From contig CAJFCJ010000005.1 of assembly GCA_904063045.1 (NCBI GenBank), positions 1,007,988-1,071,987 on the forward strand: a stretch of 64,000 nucleotides of DNA, written 5' to 3'. Each line of letters opens with the position of its first letter. Position 1 is the stretch's first letter. The notes beneath the pieces were generated by a model that worked only from the letters and a program-made list of their open reading frames with translations, was not told the DNA's origin and searched no databases. The translations under genes and the position numbers were made by a program. Below, one piece after another: positions 15,723 through 29,652 of this stretch. This stretch comes from Dimorphilus gyrociliatus. Its lineage: Eukaryota; Animalia; Annelida.

Positions 15723-17970
15723 TCTCTGTACTCTCCCTGTCAAGTATGTCACCGTTATATATATTCACCTTATTTCAGCTTTTGACATATTAATTTCTTT
15801 CAAACTAATCGAAACCTCACGAAAGATTCTTTTAAATGGAAAAAGTCTGGCATATAGGGAAAAGGCATCGGCTAAATCTCTTTAGATTAGGGAGAGGGAA
15901 GAGAAGGGAATGTACCACTGTTTCCATTAACGTTCACTTTTTAGACCAAACTAATCAATTTACTTTCTTATCACTTTGGCAAATAAACCGCGTACGGTCC
16001 GGCGGACGACAAACGCCGAGGAAAAGTTTTATATAAACAGTACAGGCCTGGCGGACCTTAACTGTTGTCGATAGTTTACAAAATGGGTTTTTCAACGTTT
16101 CAACGAGCTTTTATCGAAGACTGTTGGGAATTATTTTTTTATCGCCATTTCATGAAAACAAACAGGCTTTTGCCAAATAAATTCGAGCGAGAAGAAGACA
16201 AACTACAAAACTACTCTTCACCAAACCAAAACTCTCATTTCGAATTACGAGAATTTACTTTCGTCATTCATCACTGCATAGCAACACAAAACTCTTCATT
16301 AAAACCAACACCGACATACCGGCCAAACACCGCCCGTCAATCATTCACCAAACAACTCTCCCCTAAGCGTTTTATAGTTTTTACAGACCACAAAAATTGT
16401 TTTTTATTTAGGCGGAAAGATGATATTCCCCTGCCACTTGAACCGTTGCGTGTCGTTGTCGACGGAAATACCTCATCTTTATAATCTGCATAAAGATGGA
16501 GAAGAATTCCATTTATAGAATATTATCGCCTCTATTGTTTAAAGTTTATTAAATTTTTACTCCCCATTTACATCTATAACAATTCTAACGAGAGTGTAGA
16601 ATTATCGGCTAAGAATCGGTTCCGTAATGAAATTTTCCCCTATCTTCCCCCATGCTACATCATTCCCCATCTGACTTTGGGTTTCGTTAAAGGTTATCCT
16701 TAATATAAGCGAACAGAAGAGGAGGGAAAAAAATAGGAAAAGCAAACAAATAACCGATTAAAAAAAGCTACAGTAATAAGGTAAAAGTACTTTTTCTCCT
16801 TTCTGACGGGTAATCCTAGCGCTGACAGTTATAATAGATTATTATGTATTTATTTTACGCTTTCATTAACATTGCCAATTCAAGTAAAAGTTTTTATTAC
16901 ATAATCGTCCGTTCCGTATTACTATAATTATTGTATTAACAGGGGAAGAAAGAACAAATATGAGTGAGAAAATGGAAGAGAAAAGAAAAGAAAAGAAAAA
17001 AAAAGTCGCTAACAAATAATTGAATAAAAAAGAAGGATGCTAAGAGGAAGAAAGAGGATATTTTATTTTATTTCAATATATTGAATTTACAGACATTAGT
17101 ATAGTCCTAAAGGAAATAATTGATTAAAAGAGAAATTAGATAAATCGTTAACGCTCCACTTTTCAGAGTTTATCATAAATTTTCGCCCTGTTAAGGGGAG
17201 GCTAAATAGTAGGGAAATTTCGCCCACTTAAAATGCCAACACCTTCTAACAAACTTTAAAGGTAGAAAAAGTCCAGATACTCACTACACAACAAGTAGGC
17301 TTTTTATCATCGTCTCTTTTTTCCTTCCCTTCTCAGTTCCTACTACTTAAGGATATGTATTCCCTTCACACCAATTCCCATGTTTCCTCTCTTCTCCTTC
17401 CGTTCTTTTACATACTAGATCCTGAATGATAATAAGCCTCTATATCAATTATATTATCCCCCTTCTAGCTTAAATCCTCTTTCGATTAGTTAGCCATGTT
17501 AATATGTTTTAATCCAGACTCTTGAAGACCATATTAACCTAATTTTCAAGAATTTCCTCCGTGATTAGTCAATCTTAAGGACATATATAGGTTACAGTAA
17601 AACATCATCAGCCTATGCGTAATACTTTTAAAGCATCATTGGAGTATATAGTTACATCTATAGGCGCGACATCTGCAAGAATGGGAAAGTCCTTCAAGAT
17701 GAAAGTGTCCCCTGTATCATATTGCTTCTATTTGAAGATATCGTTCGGAAGATGATATGTAATAAGACATACAGCGTATAAAGAAAATTTCGTTCTTTAT
17801 ACAGTTTCTTTTCGCAAAGAAATGGGCGTCTGCAGCAAAAGCAGTGCAACGACTGCAATTAGTTAAAAAAAATTCTTTGTCAAATGACGCCGCTGCCGCT
17901 GTGATATTCAGAAATAGGAAGACGCCAAGAAATTCTATACCTCTCACAAAGCCTATAATTACGACGCGTA

Positions 17971-18024
17971 GTCACGTGACAAGTACACGACTGCCACCGC
18001 GCATGCGCCACTCTAGTATATAAG
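17971..18024 (+). promoter_or_regulatory. Core promoter of the Ig/Cys-rich membrane protein gene
   Basis: GTCACGTGAC (17971-17980), NRF1-type palindrome GCGCATGCGC (17999-18008) and TATATAAG (18017-18024), ~60 bp before the ATG at 18083. Confidence 0.6.
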
Positions 18025-18082
18025 AGGCGGTCGCCGCCAGAACGTTTCAGGACGTCCAAGATGCCAGGTCGGATAACCGGCA

Positions 18083-18835
18083 ATGAAAATCGAATTGTTT
18101 ACCGTTTTGCTCTATTTGCTCTGTAAGTTTGTCACGTTTCCTATTTTTTTTATGTTTGATTTATGATATTTGCATGTTTTGGGAGGGGATGCAAATCCTA
18201 GAGGTAAATTTAGACTACCGGGTGTTCTCTTTGTTTTGAGTTATATATGAGTAAATCTATATAAAAAGCGTTGATACAAAAAATAAGAGGTAAAGATTGA
18301 TGGAAACAGAAAGAAATAGAGAGGAAAAGATGAGACGATGAGAAAGGTTGAGGGGATAAGAACGCAAATGTAAGAGAGATACCAGATACTTATTAGGTAC
18401 ATTTAATATTCATTATAGTTTGTCAAGTATATAGAATCATACTATTCTAAGCAGAGCGGATGAGTATGTGAAGCGGTTGAAAATGAATGAGTTATCTCTT
18501 AGTCTATATGCATGATGAGAAATTTACAAAAAGGCAATCTGCTGATTGTTAGATTCCCGCAGTTTTATTTATCGCTCGTAAATTATATCATTAGGATCCC
18601 TTTCAATTTTTTCTGGTTTGTTTATAGAGACTCCCTTCCGTTGCGGCAGCTTTCTGTCTATTTACGTGTTCTATTCTGCTTATAGGCCTTATCGGAAATG
18701 ATTCGATAACAGGAGTTTGAATTTTATTTGCCCTTAATAGATTAAATGAATGTTTGTATGACGATTTCCCTATTACAGACCCATTAGATTTGGGTCCGCG
18801 GTCGCTTAAACCAATAAACACTATTCAATTAGGTC

Positions 18836-18878
<43 letters not shown>

Positions 18879-21800
18879 TGTATTTAGGCATATAAAGAAG
18901 AGTACACGGATAGATAAACAGAACCTCTTGAACCCAGGATATTTAACAGTACATTACATAATATGACCGATGATTTTCTCGTTTACAAAACCTTTGAAAC
19001 GTTAGACATTTTTCGCGGATTCTTCTATGCAATAGACTCTATCAAATAGCTTTTATGAAAACAGACAGGTTTTTTTTTGTTATATTTTTCTTTACAAAGC
19101 CTTGTAGAGAAATAAAATATTTATGGAAGAGAAAATTAGGTGAATAGGAGACTTTAAGGAATTAAATCCTTCTAAATATCCACATATCTTAAACGTTTAA
19201 TAGACCGCTTCCCGATTATACGTTTAGCGGATATTCTTTTCTGGTTTGCATTAAGCGTCTGACCGCTTTTTAAAAGGCGCCAGCTAAGATTCGAACGTAA
19301 GATAAGGAAAAATAGAGGTGAAATAGAACTGTGGGCATAGACTCCCTTTTAGCAAGATGTCGCGATATTCGAATTTTTATTGTATAAGTTAAAAGCGCGC
19401 GGCACTTTAATTTCTTATCCAATTTTAGATCTATAAACTTCTATAGGGAAATTTTAGAAGGTTGAGAGATTCTTATCTGTCCTGATAAATTCTTTCTACC
19501 TGCCCTACGCCATTTAAAAAACAGTTTGGACGGCTATAAAACTTTTTTTCTCCATTAAAAACTTTATTTATCCAACACCGAAACATTTATAGAGAAAAAA
19601 AAGAGAGTATCCCCAAATTTTCCTCTTCTTACTCTTTGACTGATAAAAATTAGGTTGAAATGAAACAAAACTCATAAATTTCCTACTATTTGGATGGTCA
19701 TTGTCTATTTTTACTTTTGTATTTTGGCTGAAAGAAAATACAACCAGACTTTGGCTGCATAATTAAAAGCTCTTGAATATTGATTAGCTATCGACATCAT
19801 ATTGTTTGTCATCAGATCAGAGGCAATTTTTGTTATTCTTCAATTATTTTTCATTCGCTTCAAAAAACAACTGCATAATTAAACAAATTAATCTATTGTT
19901 TATTAAAGTTGGTTTTTGCTTATCTTCCGCCGCACTATCGTTCCTTTTTAACGTAGTATTGTATAGGGAATTTCTCTTTTTGGTTATTATTACATAATTA
20001 AAGTCTTGTAAATATACATTAGCCGAGTTATTCGCTTTGTTTGCTTGTCAGATCAAAGATTGATCAATGATTTGAAATGAGTTGTTTACAATAGAATTAT
20101 TTTGTGCATTGCGACGATTAGTAAGTTATTTATATCATAACACATACCCTTGATTTTTACTACTCTCCTTCTCTTTTTCCTTCATCAATTGCCTTAGCTT
20201 TCATCGGAAATCGTTTCGCCGATTGATCACACGAATCATAACAGTCATATTTATTAATAAACCCGCTGAAAGGCAGAAATACTATTTGTTATAAAACAAC
20301 GACTATATTACCTAGTCAATATTTCTGGGTGGCCCAAGAAATATACAGGCTGAATAGGCTCAATTCTTCCCTGGTTTCTTTAGGGAATTTCGAATGGAAT
20401 ATAATTCTTTTTTTATACGCCTACTTTTTATTCTTCGAAAGCCGATTTCTATCTCAATTTAGGCCCATAAACTACTCAAGAATCCAGAAAACAGCAGATA
20501 ATGCTAAAAAAAAATAGAGATCAAAACGAGTACATCTATTCCATTAATTATAGGCTCGACTCGTTCTCTTCAGGTAGAAGAGAGAAAAAGAGAGAAAGAG
20601 AATAAACAGCAAGCGAAATTAGCACCCATTCAAACCCGAATAGCGTTTCATTTACAGAGTTTCTTTACAAGGCCAGGTCTGTTATGTCAATAAAGACTGC
20701 TCATCCTCGTGTCACATTACCATATAAAAACAATGACTTCCTTACAGAGTCAATAAACAAGACCTAGGCCTATCTATGTTCATCTGTTTACGCAAGAAAC
20801 GTATAGCATCCGTTATCTGATACGAGAACATTTTTTTGTCGCGTTACCTTTTACAGAATGGAAATCGATAAACGCGTCCCTGACTCATTTTTTCACCTTT
20901 GTTTTTATATATAGGTCGCATAGATTTTTATATGTACGAGTGGTTAGAGTGGTGAACATGTACGCGTGTGTGCATATATATGTAGATGAATATAGATATG
21001 TGTCGGCGAATATACGTATGTGAGTCTGCCTATATTGGTTAGTACGTCTGTGTGTGTGTGTGTGTGTGTGTGTCTGTGCACATGCATATTACAGTTTCAT
21101 GCACTTGTTCAAGCTGATAAAAAGAAAGGAGAGAAAGAAAGAGAGATTGAATGAATGAATGAATGAATGAATGAATGAATGAGTGAGGGGGAGGGACGGA
21201 GGGAGGGAGGATTGAGGATAGATTGTCACGAAATTTGGTTATAAATTTTCAATTAATAATACTAGGTTGTACACGAAGGAAAAAAATCAATAGACATCGT
21301 ATGAACTGACTCATTCAACCAACTATACATATAATGCATGTATAGAGAAATCAATAAACAACTGAAAAATAAACAAATAGTCTGAATAATGCAAACAGTA
21401 AAGCATCAAAAAATGAGCTAAAGTAAACAAAGGGAGGAGCTTAAAAGCAAATTTTTAGCCCTTGGCATCATGTCTAAAGCTAGTCTTGAGTCGCAAGCTG
21501 GAAAAACAAGAGTTTGGCAAAAAACACGAGTTGTTTATCTGCGTTCTATTGACTCGGCTCGTTTCGGTAAATAGAACGTTTTATAAAAGGCGGACAAGAT
21601 AGCAGAACAGCTGCCGCCTCTTTTTAATGTTCCCGTTGGACGGCAATGTCTTTGATGTGAGGTTAATTCCAAGCGGTTATCGGTCGGGTTAATTAGGGGG
21701 GTCTGGGGTCTAACTTTTAACGTAGCAGAAACACTAATGAAAACCCCTTTAGACTAAATTTTCAAGTTCAGGGAATCGACCTCTTTGAGGTACTTTCGTG

Positions 21801-24800
21801 AGGTACCTCCGGTAATGCCCTGTAGGAATTAATCTCCGATTCTCACCCTATCCTCACTATCCTTAACGCCAACCCTTCCACGCCCCCTGCCCCCTTACCC
21901 CTATCTGACTCAGCAATGAACGACTAATTCTCAACTGATTATTCACTTTCGAAAAATTCGTTGATTGAGTTATGGATCTTCCCTCTTCTGTTAAGAAGAG
22001 TTTTTTTTTTAATAAAAAAACATTGTTTGTTAATTACACAACTTTAAAGATTTTATCCTCTTTCCCACTATACTTTTTGTTGACTAACCCTTTAAAAGAC
22101 CCACTTAAACTCAATAATATCATTTAGTGAACCCCATAAGGCTATGGGGCTCTAAATAAACAAAACGTAAAAAAAAGAAATATCCCTTGAATAATCTGCT
22201 TGCTTATTCATAACAAGAATTAATAATGCCAATTAGGTAATCCGTAAGGAAAATAATCCGAAAGTTTTGTAATATATAAGTTTTATTATTAAAAATAGCG
22301 ACAACGGGAGAAGAGTCAATACAAATATGGTAATGTCACGAGACAAATCCCTAAACAAACTTAACTTTTCATATTGATCTATCAACAATTCATCTATTAT
22401 TATATTTAAATAGTAATATGTAACTTATTATTGGGTAATTTTCTTCACTTTTTTGTGATATGCCAATGTAGAGAGCAGACAGAGATTTTATTATAAGTAA
22501 ATTCTGAATGAGAGCGTTGATACTTCATTCCTATTATATACATGATTGATTTGTACTTTGTGTCATTTTATCAAGTGCCATTCGAAGTTGAATTGAATAT
22601 GTTCGAGCGAGAACAAGCCGAGTCTATTGAACAGATACAAGATGAAATTTTCATTTAAAAAATCATTGGGAAGAAAACCGCTATATGAATTATATATGCT
22701 ATATATTTAGAATACGTCTCTACGCTAAATTATATAAGGAAACCCCTGTTGGTAGTTTTGTCACCTCTTCGTTAAAAAAAGAGAGCGTCTAACGACAATG
22801 ACGCTTTGTGTTCAAGTCGTCACCTGGCGTTTTTGGCAAAGTTTACAGGTGTTCCTTACCGTCATTTGACAAAGACGTAATTATTAAACCAGCTCTACTC
22901 GTCTAATTAGCATATTTCGTGTTGGCAACTGCCCAATTTTTTTTCAGAATGTCATTCAAATTACACTTAATACGGCCGCCGCTCAATTATCGTCTTTTTT
23001 CCCATGCCTTTATGTAACGTTCGTCCAGACATCGCGACGCCAGATCTCCTGTCGCCAGGTGGGGCTGATTGACGTCTTTTGTTTGCCATACTCGTGTAAG
23101 ATATGTGAAAAAAAGATGTCTCTTGTTCTCTGTTTAGTTGCGTTGCCTCTTAATGATTTCCAGAAATGCTTTTATTCCCCTTTGAATCCTTGTACTGTTG
23201 GCCAGCAAACTTGATTTCAATCTGTGGTCCAAGGGACGTGTGCCCTAGTTAAGAAAGACATAAATTTTTCAGATTTTGATGCAATAATTGTCCTCTCGAA
23301 AGAGATGTCGTGCTGAAATGATTAAATTATAATCAATTAATTTATAAAGTGACGGATTTATCCTTCCAAGCCTTCTCCTTAGGGAAGTGTACAAGTTTTA
23401 ATAGTTGAAATTCTTCCCTTTTCCATTCACTATTTGGAAAGCGGAAACTAAAAACGTCCGCTCGATCGCTATTCTAGCATACTTACAATTAGCAGAAGTC
23501 ACGTGAACGGCTGGTGCGCGTATAAAACCCTGGCGCCCAGACAACGACAAAGACTTGCACGGTTTTCTTCGTTCAACAAGTTTTAATTGTCCCTTAAATC
23601 TATCCCTCGACGACTGTTTCCCATAAATAACCCGTAAAAGACTAATAAAGCCCTCGACGTTGCATAATCTCAACAACCCAGCAATATGCTAATGCGTAAG
23701 AGTAGAATGCAATATAAAGGAAGAAATGGAATTTTTTCGACCCTAGTTCTATTCCGAATTGTAAGCGAATTATTATCCGACGTCAAATTATACTCCTCGT
23801 TACCACAATCCTCTACTGAGCGTTTATTCGTAATAAACGTAAAAAAAAACGCCCTAGTTCAGCGCTCCTGTATAATAATGTTGATGCTAAAAAAAGAAAA
23901 AAGAAGAAAAGCGACAATATGAGAGGAATAGTCGAGCAGAACAGCGGTTATTTCCTCTGTTGCCCTTTCATTCTTTGTAGTTGAAGGTATGGCGTCTCGT
24001 TGTCGACAAGGCGCTTGAAGGATTTTGTATACATAAACAGTATACAAATTTACTGTATACATTAAGCATACACCTTTTTTTATACTTTATCGTTACGTAA
24101 TGCGGAAACTGTATATATATATATAAGATAGGAATGTATACATTTATTCTCTATGTGTATATATATATATATAAATATTCTTTATATTTTACGAAAAGTC
24201 GAGTATACTTGGACTGGCGCCAGTCGGCACTCGACTGATTGAAGAGTAGCTATTGCTAACAAATTAAACAATGACTTCGTTACTAAGCAAACAAGAAATT
24301 GGCCCATCCTAACGTCGTATTCAGGCGATGAGAGATTATTCGAAAACTAGCGTTTGTTTGTACTCTGTAGATATTATCTAAAAAGTTTGTTATTCACGTA
24401 AGGATTAACGTAACCTTTCTTCCCCCTCCATTCTCCTATTGCTCACTTTCTCTCAATCGTTTTCTTCCTATATCCTACTTTGTTTCTTGCGTGTAGATGA
24501 CTGTTTTACTTGGTCGAATTGATGTGCGATGTTTACCGGACGATAATAAATCGGTAAACTTTGTCCACCTTTTAAAGCTCAAAAGGCCAATTACTTCATT
24601 TATGCCCCCATTTTAACGGGAGTGAACTTTGAAAGAATTGTAGAAAATTGGAAAAATAGCTGTAGAACTTATAGGGGTTAATAAAAAACAGATAGTTAAA
24701 AATAGATCTATATTGCTCGAGGGAGGGAAGAGAAGATACGAATACTTTGAAATTCTAGACTGAGTTTACCAAAGGAAAATTTTTATTCTATTTACTTTTT

Positions 24801-27800
24801 ATTGTTTCTATATTTTATGTTTTAAAGAAAAAGATTAAAGTAAAACATACAAGTTCAACGTTTATGAATGAAACGTAAAAACGTTAAATAGGTGCCAATC
24901 CCATTCATTTGATGAATTCAATTAACTTGAACTTTGAAAGAAGATGTGTTATAGAATTTATAGCACTTTTTTTTCATTACTAAAAAAATTTCAATTAAAT
25001 GCTGTGTTTCTTTCCGTTTCTCTTTGAACTTTATATCGAATTGTGATGTGAATGATAGAGGAAAGAAACTGAATGAGAATAGTTACATTTCAACGATTTT
25101 ATTAGTCAACAAAACTCTATTTGCATTTGTTTTTCATCTTATCAAGTCAAATAATTTGAAGAGCAGGCGTTTTCAAAATACTATTATGGCTTTAAAAGAT
25201 AAGAGAAATGAGAAGCCACCCCTTCTCTTCTTATTATCAGATAATGAAAACTCGAAGAGAAGATCTAAACCTTAATTCTACTATTTCCTCGAGATAAAGA
25301 TGATAAATTCATTTTCTGCTTTCCTCTTTGCCTAATCTCATTGTACAAACGTAAGGGAGGAGAGATGGAGAATTCCCCTACCAAATAGGCCTATAATTAA
25401 AAAATGTTTCCGTGAAAGGAAACGGCCTCTGCCCCCTGGGGAAGCGTTGACAGCGTAATTGTATACAAATTATATACAATTTTATCTGTAGGATAAGATA
25501 AAAATTTATCTCTATTCTTTGTTTTTAACTACTAATTTTTTGTATTCAAATCAGCAGGTGTTGTTAAAGCCCTCGATAAGGAGAAAGTTAACTTGGCAAA
25601 CTCTGAATCTTGCCCAATTTCTGCCCTTCAAGATCAATATAAGGATCAACTTGCAATAGTTTGTAAGCCCGAAATTGATGAGAATTTAGATAAATGCGAT
25701 CTGCCCACTTGGACTAAAGTGAATACCACTGGTATCTATAATATCAGCAATTCGAACAAATATAGAATTTGGAGTAGTCAAATTGGACAAAGACGATATC
25801 TCAGCGTCTTGAATATTCACGATTTGAATAGCTATGACATTGGAAAATATGATTGTAGATTAAACTGTAGAACTACACTGCCTTCTAAAGCTAAAGCTCC
25901 GAGTTTAGTGTACGGAGCTAGGATTTGTCAACCGATAAGTAAACATGGTAAGGAAAATATTTCTTTCTCTTCTCTTCTTTTCTTTCTTTCTTTCTTTCTT
26001 TCTTTCTTTCGCTCTCTTATCTGTAAATCCTATCTTAATTACTTCGTAAATAGCTTATGTTTAATCGTGAAATAGATAAGTTCCATTGTATACTTGAATA
26101 TTTTGATAATACTTTTGTCTGTTATTGATAACCTCCTAAATCCTTATTCTTTCTCTTCATTAAAAAAAAGGCTATATATATATGCTGTATATGTTGTAGA
26201 TATACTGTTGCGCCCCCTAGATTTATGTCCGTTCAAAACTTCCTCTCGGTAGATGGGGCTTTAGTTATGAATTAATTAAACTTAGCTAGATTATTTACTG
26301 AATATTTTAAATCAATTAATTTTTGTTACTCTTTTTTTCTCCTTCTAAAAATAGAACAAATTTGCTCGGCCAACATCAAAACCAGAGATTATAATTTCTG
26401 TTTTGAACAATTCAAAGATGGTACTTGCTCATTAAGCTGCAAATCTGATTTTCATTCTGATGGATTCGACTGCGTTAGGTCATCAGGGGATCAGTGTAAA
26501 GAAGCTTGTTTAAAACAATATCATAATGGCTTGTGTAAAAGGGGAAACACATGTCCAACTCCATCGAAATGCCAGAAGAAGAAATGCAACTCTAACATCA
26601 AGTTCTTTTCCGATTCGCTTGTCGTCAATTTTATAACAACACCATTGCCAATTTTTGCGATGAAGACCGTTCCCGAAAGATTGAGCAAGGCACTTCTGAC
26701 TCTAGTCACGCTAGACAATAATCGGCAAGATATCTATGGTGATGATGTAACCTTTTTCTATAAGGTTCAAAAGGGATACTCAAAATTTGGTAAACAGGAA
26801 ACTTTCGAAGAAATTGTAAATTATTTTGCTCTTCTGGAGTCGAGAGGACATCTTTACAGCTCCATTCGCAGTATCAGAAGTAAGTTATAAATTTTTTAAC
26901 TAAGGGAGTGAGTGAATGCGTGCGAGATAGAGACAGACAGAGAGAGAGAGAGAGAAGACAAGTAGGGAGTGGCCACGAGAAATACGAGCAAGAGGAGGTA
27001 TGAAATGGGAGAAATTGAGTATTAATGTATTACTGAGAAAGATAAATGAAAGCTATAAAAAATCTCTGACATTATTAGAAACTCAAAACCGACTGAATCT
27101 TGTTTTCTTTGTCACTCTATATTCAGCAATTTTTTCCATTAATTTAATCGAGCGTACCGAGTTACGAACCAATCTTTTCTAATTGGATCAAAAACCAAAT
27201 TCTTTATTAGACGCCATGAATATAAAATAAATAAACAAATCTCCAAGGAAATGCACTTTTTTTTTAATTCCTTACTATACAAGTCATCAAACGTCATTCG
27301 AGTACTATAGATTGTCAGTAGGAGAGAAGGTCAAGTACCATAGACGCTTCATTATGAAAGTTCAGCAGAGCTCCTTTCCGCTACCGACATTACTTACAAC
27401 GATGCTTATGTCATTAGTTACGTTAACAAAAGTGGCTAAATTTTTGCAGCTGATGATCATTTTTCTCCATTCTCTTTCTCTCTGATCCAATCTGTAGAGA
27501 GTATAATAAGGGTCAGAAGAAATAAATGAACCATTCCTTCGCTTTATCTTATCCTAACACTTTTTTAATCAAAACAGGAACGATGAACAGAGAAAAATCT
27601 TGCCAGCAGAACACCAAGTCATACTACAATATGATTGATTGGCATTCTCTTCAATCGATTAGCAGAAGCCATTCGAAAAGTCATTCGAGTTTCTGGCAAT
27701 TCGACAAATGGGTTCTCATCGCAGTGGGAACTGGTGCGCTTTGTTTCTTCATTCTTATCGTTGCTGCCGTTGTTCTCTGCAAAACAAGGCAAGCTTCACG

Positions 27801-27888
27801 CCGTAATAGGACTATGAATATGCATGAGTGTAGCGAACTAGAACGAATAAGGTTGGCAAAAGGTTTGGGACCTGGTGCTGAAATTTAG
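18083..27888 (+). CDS. Type I membrane protein: signal peptide, Ig-like domain, Cys-rich/EGF-like region, TM helix, short tail (~421 aa)
   Basis: Exons 18083-18122, 25558-25947, 26355-26879, 27578-27888; all junctions phase 1; 1266 nt total. Signal peptide MKIELFTVLLYLLCVVKA. Ig motifs C...W...DIGKYDC. EGF-like end CSLSCKSDFHSDGFDC. TM WVLIAVGTGALCFFILIVAAVVLC followed by basic KTRQASRR. Confidence 0.78.
21049..21078. repeat. (TG)n microsatellite
   Basis: Direct reading of the sequence. Confidence 0.9.
21149..21181. repeat. (TGAA)n microsatellite
   Basis: About 8 tandem TGAA units. Confidence 0.9.
23498..23695 (+). promoter_or_regulatory. Putative internal promoter and alternative first exon in intron 1 of the Ig/Cys-rich gene
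   Basis: GTCACGTG (23498-23505), TATAAAA (23521-23527), then ATG CTA ATG C|gtaag (23686-23695), a phase-1 donor compatible with the exon at 25558. Confidence 0.4.
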
Positions 27889-28109
27889 AGGTGTATATAC
27901 ATGTATTGTTTATACATATATGTACTACTTATATACAGTATATATATATATATATATAGTGTATATACTTATGTATATGTATAAACATAATCCTAAATAT
28001 AAAAAATATGCATATCTTACTTATATATACACATGTTATATATAAATAATTCTGAGAACTTTATTTCCAAGTCTGTTTTGTTTGTAATTTTTTTTTGTTT
28101 ATTCTACGC

Positions 28110-28215
28110 TCTACTCCTCCTTCTCCTCCTTCTCCTCCTTCTCCTCCTACTCCTACTTTTCATTATTATTATTATTATCATCATCATTATTATTATTATT
28201 ATCATCACTATCATC
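28110..28215. repeat. Compound trinucleotide low-complexity tract (CTC/CTT then ATT/ATC)
   Basis: Direct reading; explains the poly-L/poly-I and poly-Y/H spurious ORFs here. Confidence 0.85.
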
Positions 28216-28521
28216 AATGTCATTTTTTTTATCCTCTTGTTATTGTGTATATAAAGAGTTTTATCTTTTCTTCTTTTATCCAATTTTTTGCCATATGTGT
28301 TTCAATAGAGTTATTATTTAAGAAAAAAAGATGAAACAAAAGTTTATTAAAAGAACTTTCTCCCTTCCCTTTTCTCCTCTCTTCTCCCTCCCTTTTTATT
28401 CAATTTTATCTATTTCATATTTAATTGATAAATTTCTGAAATAACATTTTAGCAGCTTAAATAACAAAAAAGTAAAACCTGCTGCATATTTCTCACATAA
28501 GAAGAGAGGGATTGAGAGAGG

Positions 28522-28561
<40 letters not shown>

Positions 28562-29156
28562 AACAGATATATGGAGAGAAATATCTTTTAAACAGAGTTT
28601 CTTTTTCTATTGTGCAGGATATATTTCCCTAATTATTTTTTTCTTTTCAACAAAATACACAATGTTACTCTTTTCTCTTTTCCTAGAAACTCTCTTCATC
28701 ATGATTAATTTATTTACATATTTTAACGATTTTTAGTGATTAAAATACAGAAAAAAAGTCATTTTTCATAAAAGAAATTTATGGTAATATCTTAGTAAAA
28801 ACAATCTATTCATTATAGGTTTTTTTAGGACTTTAATCATTCTTTTCCCTTTTTTTTAAAAAAAAAAAGCAAAACGAACAAAAATGTTTTGATAAATTAT
28901 TCTAACTCTACACAGCGGTCATGTCAAAGATCATTTGGTATACATTAATTCACCATGTCCTAAAAGTCTTTCGCCCTGCTTTTCCCCCTTTTATCACCTT
29001 CCTTTTAGTAAATTGAACAACTTTTACCGTGAATTAAAACGTCTAATGTTGTTAAAGCGTGTGCGTTCGTATATGTGCTTTACACATATATATCAATCGA
29101 ACTTACACAGTTTCATCCTTTCTCTCTTTCCTCTTGTTCATTTTCTTCTTCATCTC

Positions 29157-29190
<34 letters not shown>

Positions 29191-29652
29191 GAAATTTCTT
29201 ATTCTTTCATTTTTTGTATTTAGTGAAAAAATCGACTTTGTAGATTGTTTTAACCGTGAGAAATGTTTACAAGTTTAATCTGTAAAATTCACTATTTTTG
29301 GCACTTTGTACATTTTGCAAATGATAATTTGTTTCTTTAAAAAAAAAAAGAAACAATTAAAGAGAACAAGTAAATAGAATAAATACATCTTTTTCTACAA
29401 TTATCAATGAAATAGTATAGTCTGAAATTATTTATTCCATTATCTGCTAGATGGCGCTTTGTCGAAGAAGGAACACCAAAATTTTATAAACACTCTTTCG
29501 AAACTCATAACTTTTCTATTCAAAGATAAGATAAATTGACTGATAGATACGTAAAATATGAGAATAAATTAAAAATTCAATAATATAAAACAGACTAGAT
29601 TCATAGATTAATCAGTTCTTTTTTAAGATTTGAAGAAAGATATAAAAAAATC

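Noticed and set aside
8229-17947. Many 60-140 aa ORFs in the intergenic region (e.g. 8648, 15134, 15346, 16065)
   Set aside because: No recognisable domains, low-complexity or F/L/I-rich composition, and no consistent splice chain; expected by chance.
21786-21809. Two TGAGGTA (let-7 seed-like) copies with a GAGGTACCTC palindrome
   Set aside because: The rest does not match let-7 and no ~60-nt pre-miRNA hairpin forms.
28033-29278. Poly-Leu/Ile, poly-Tyr/His, ER-repeat and SL-repeat ORFs
   Set aside because: They are translations of trinucleotide and (GA)n/(CT)n microsatellites.
29297-29319. TTTGGCACTTTGTACATTTTGCA, similar to miR-96
   Set aside because: No complementary star arm nearby. As a target site it lies beyond the likely bHLH poly(A) signal at about 29431.
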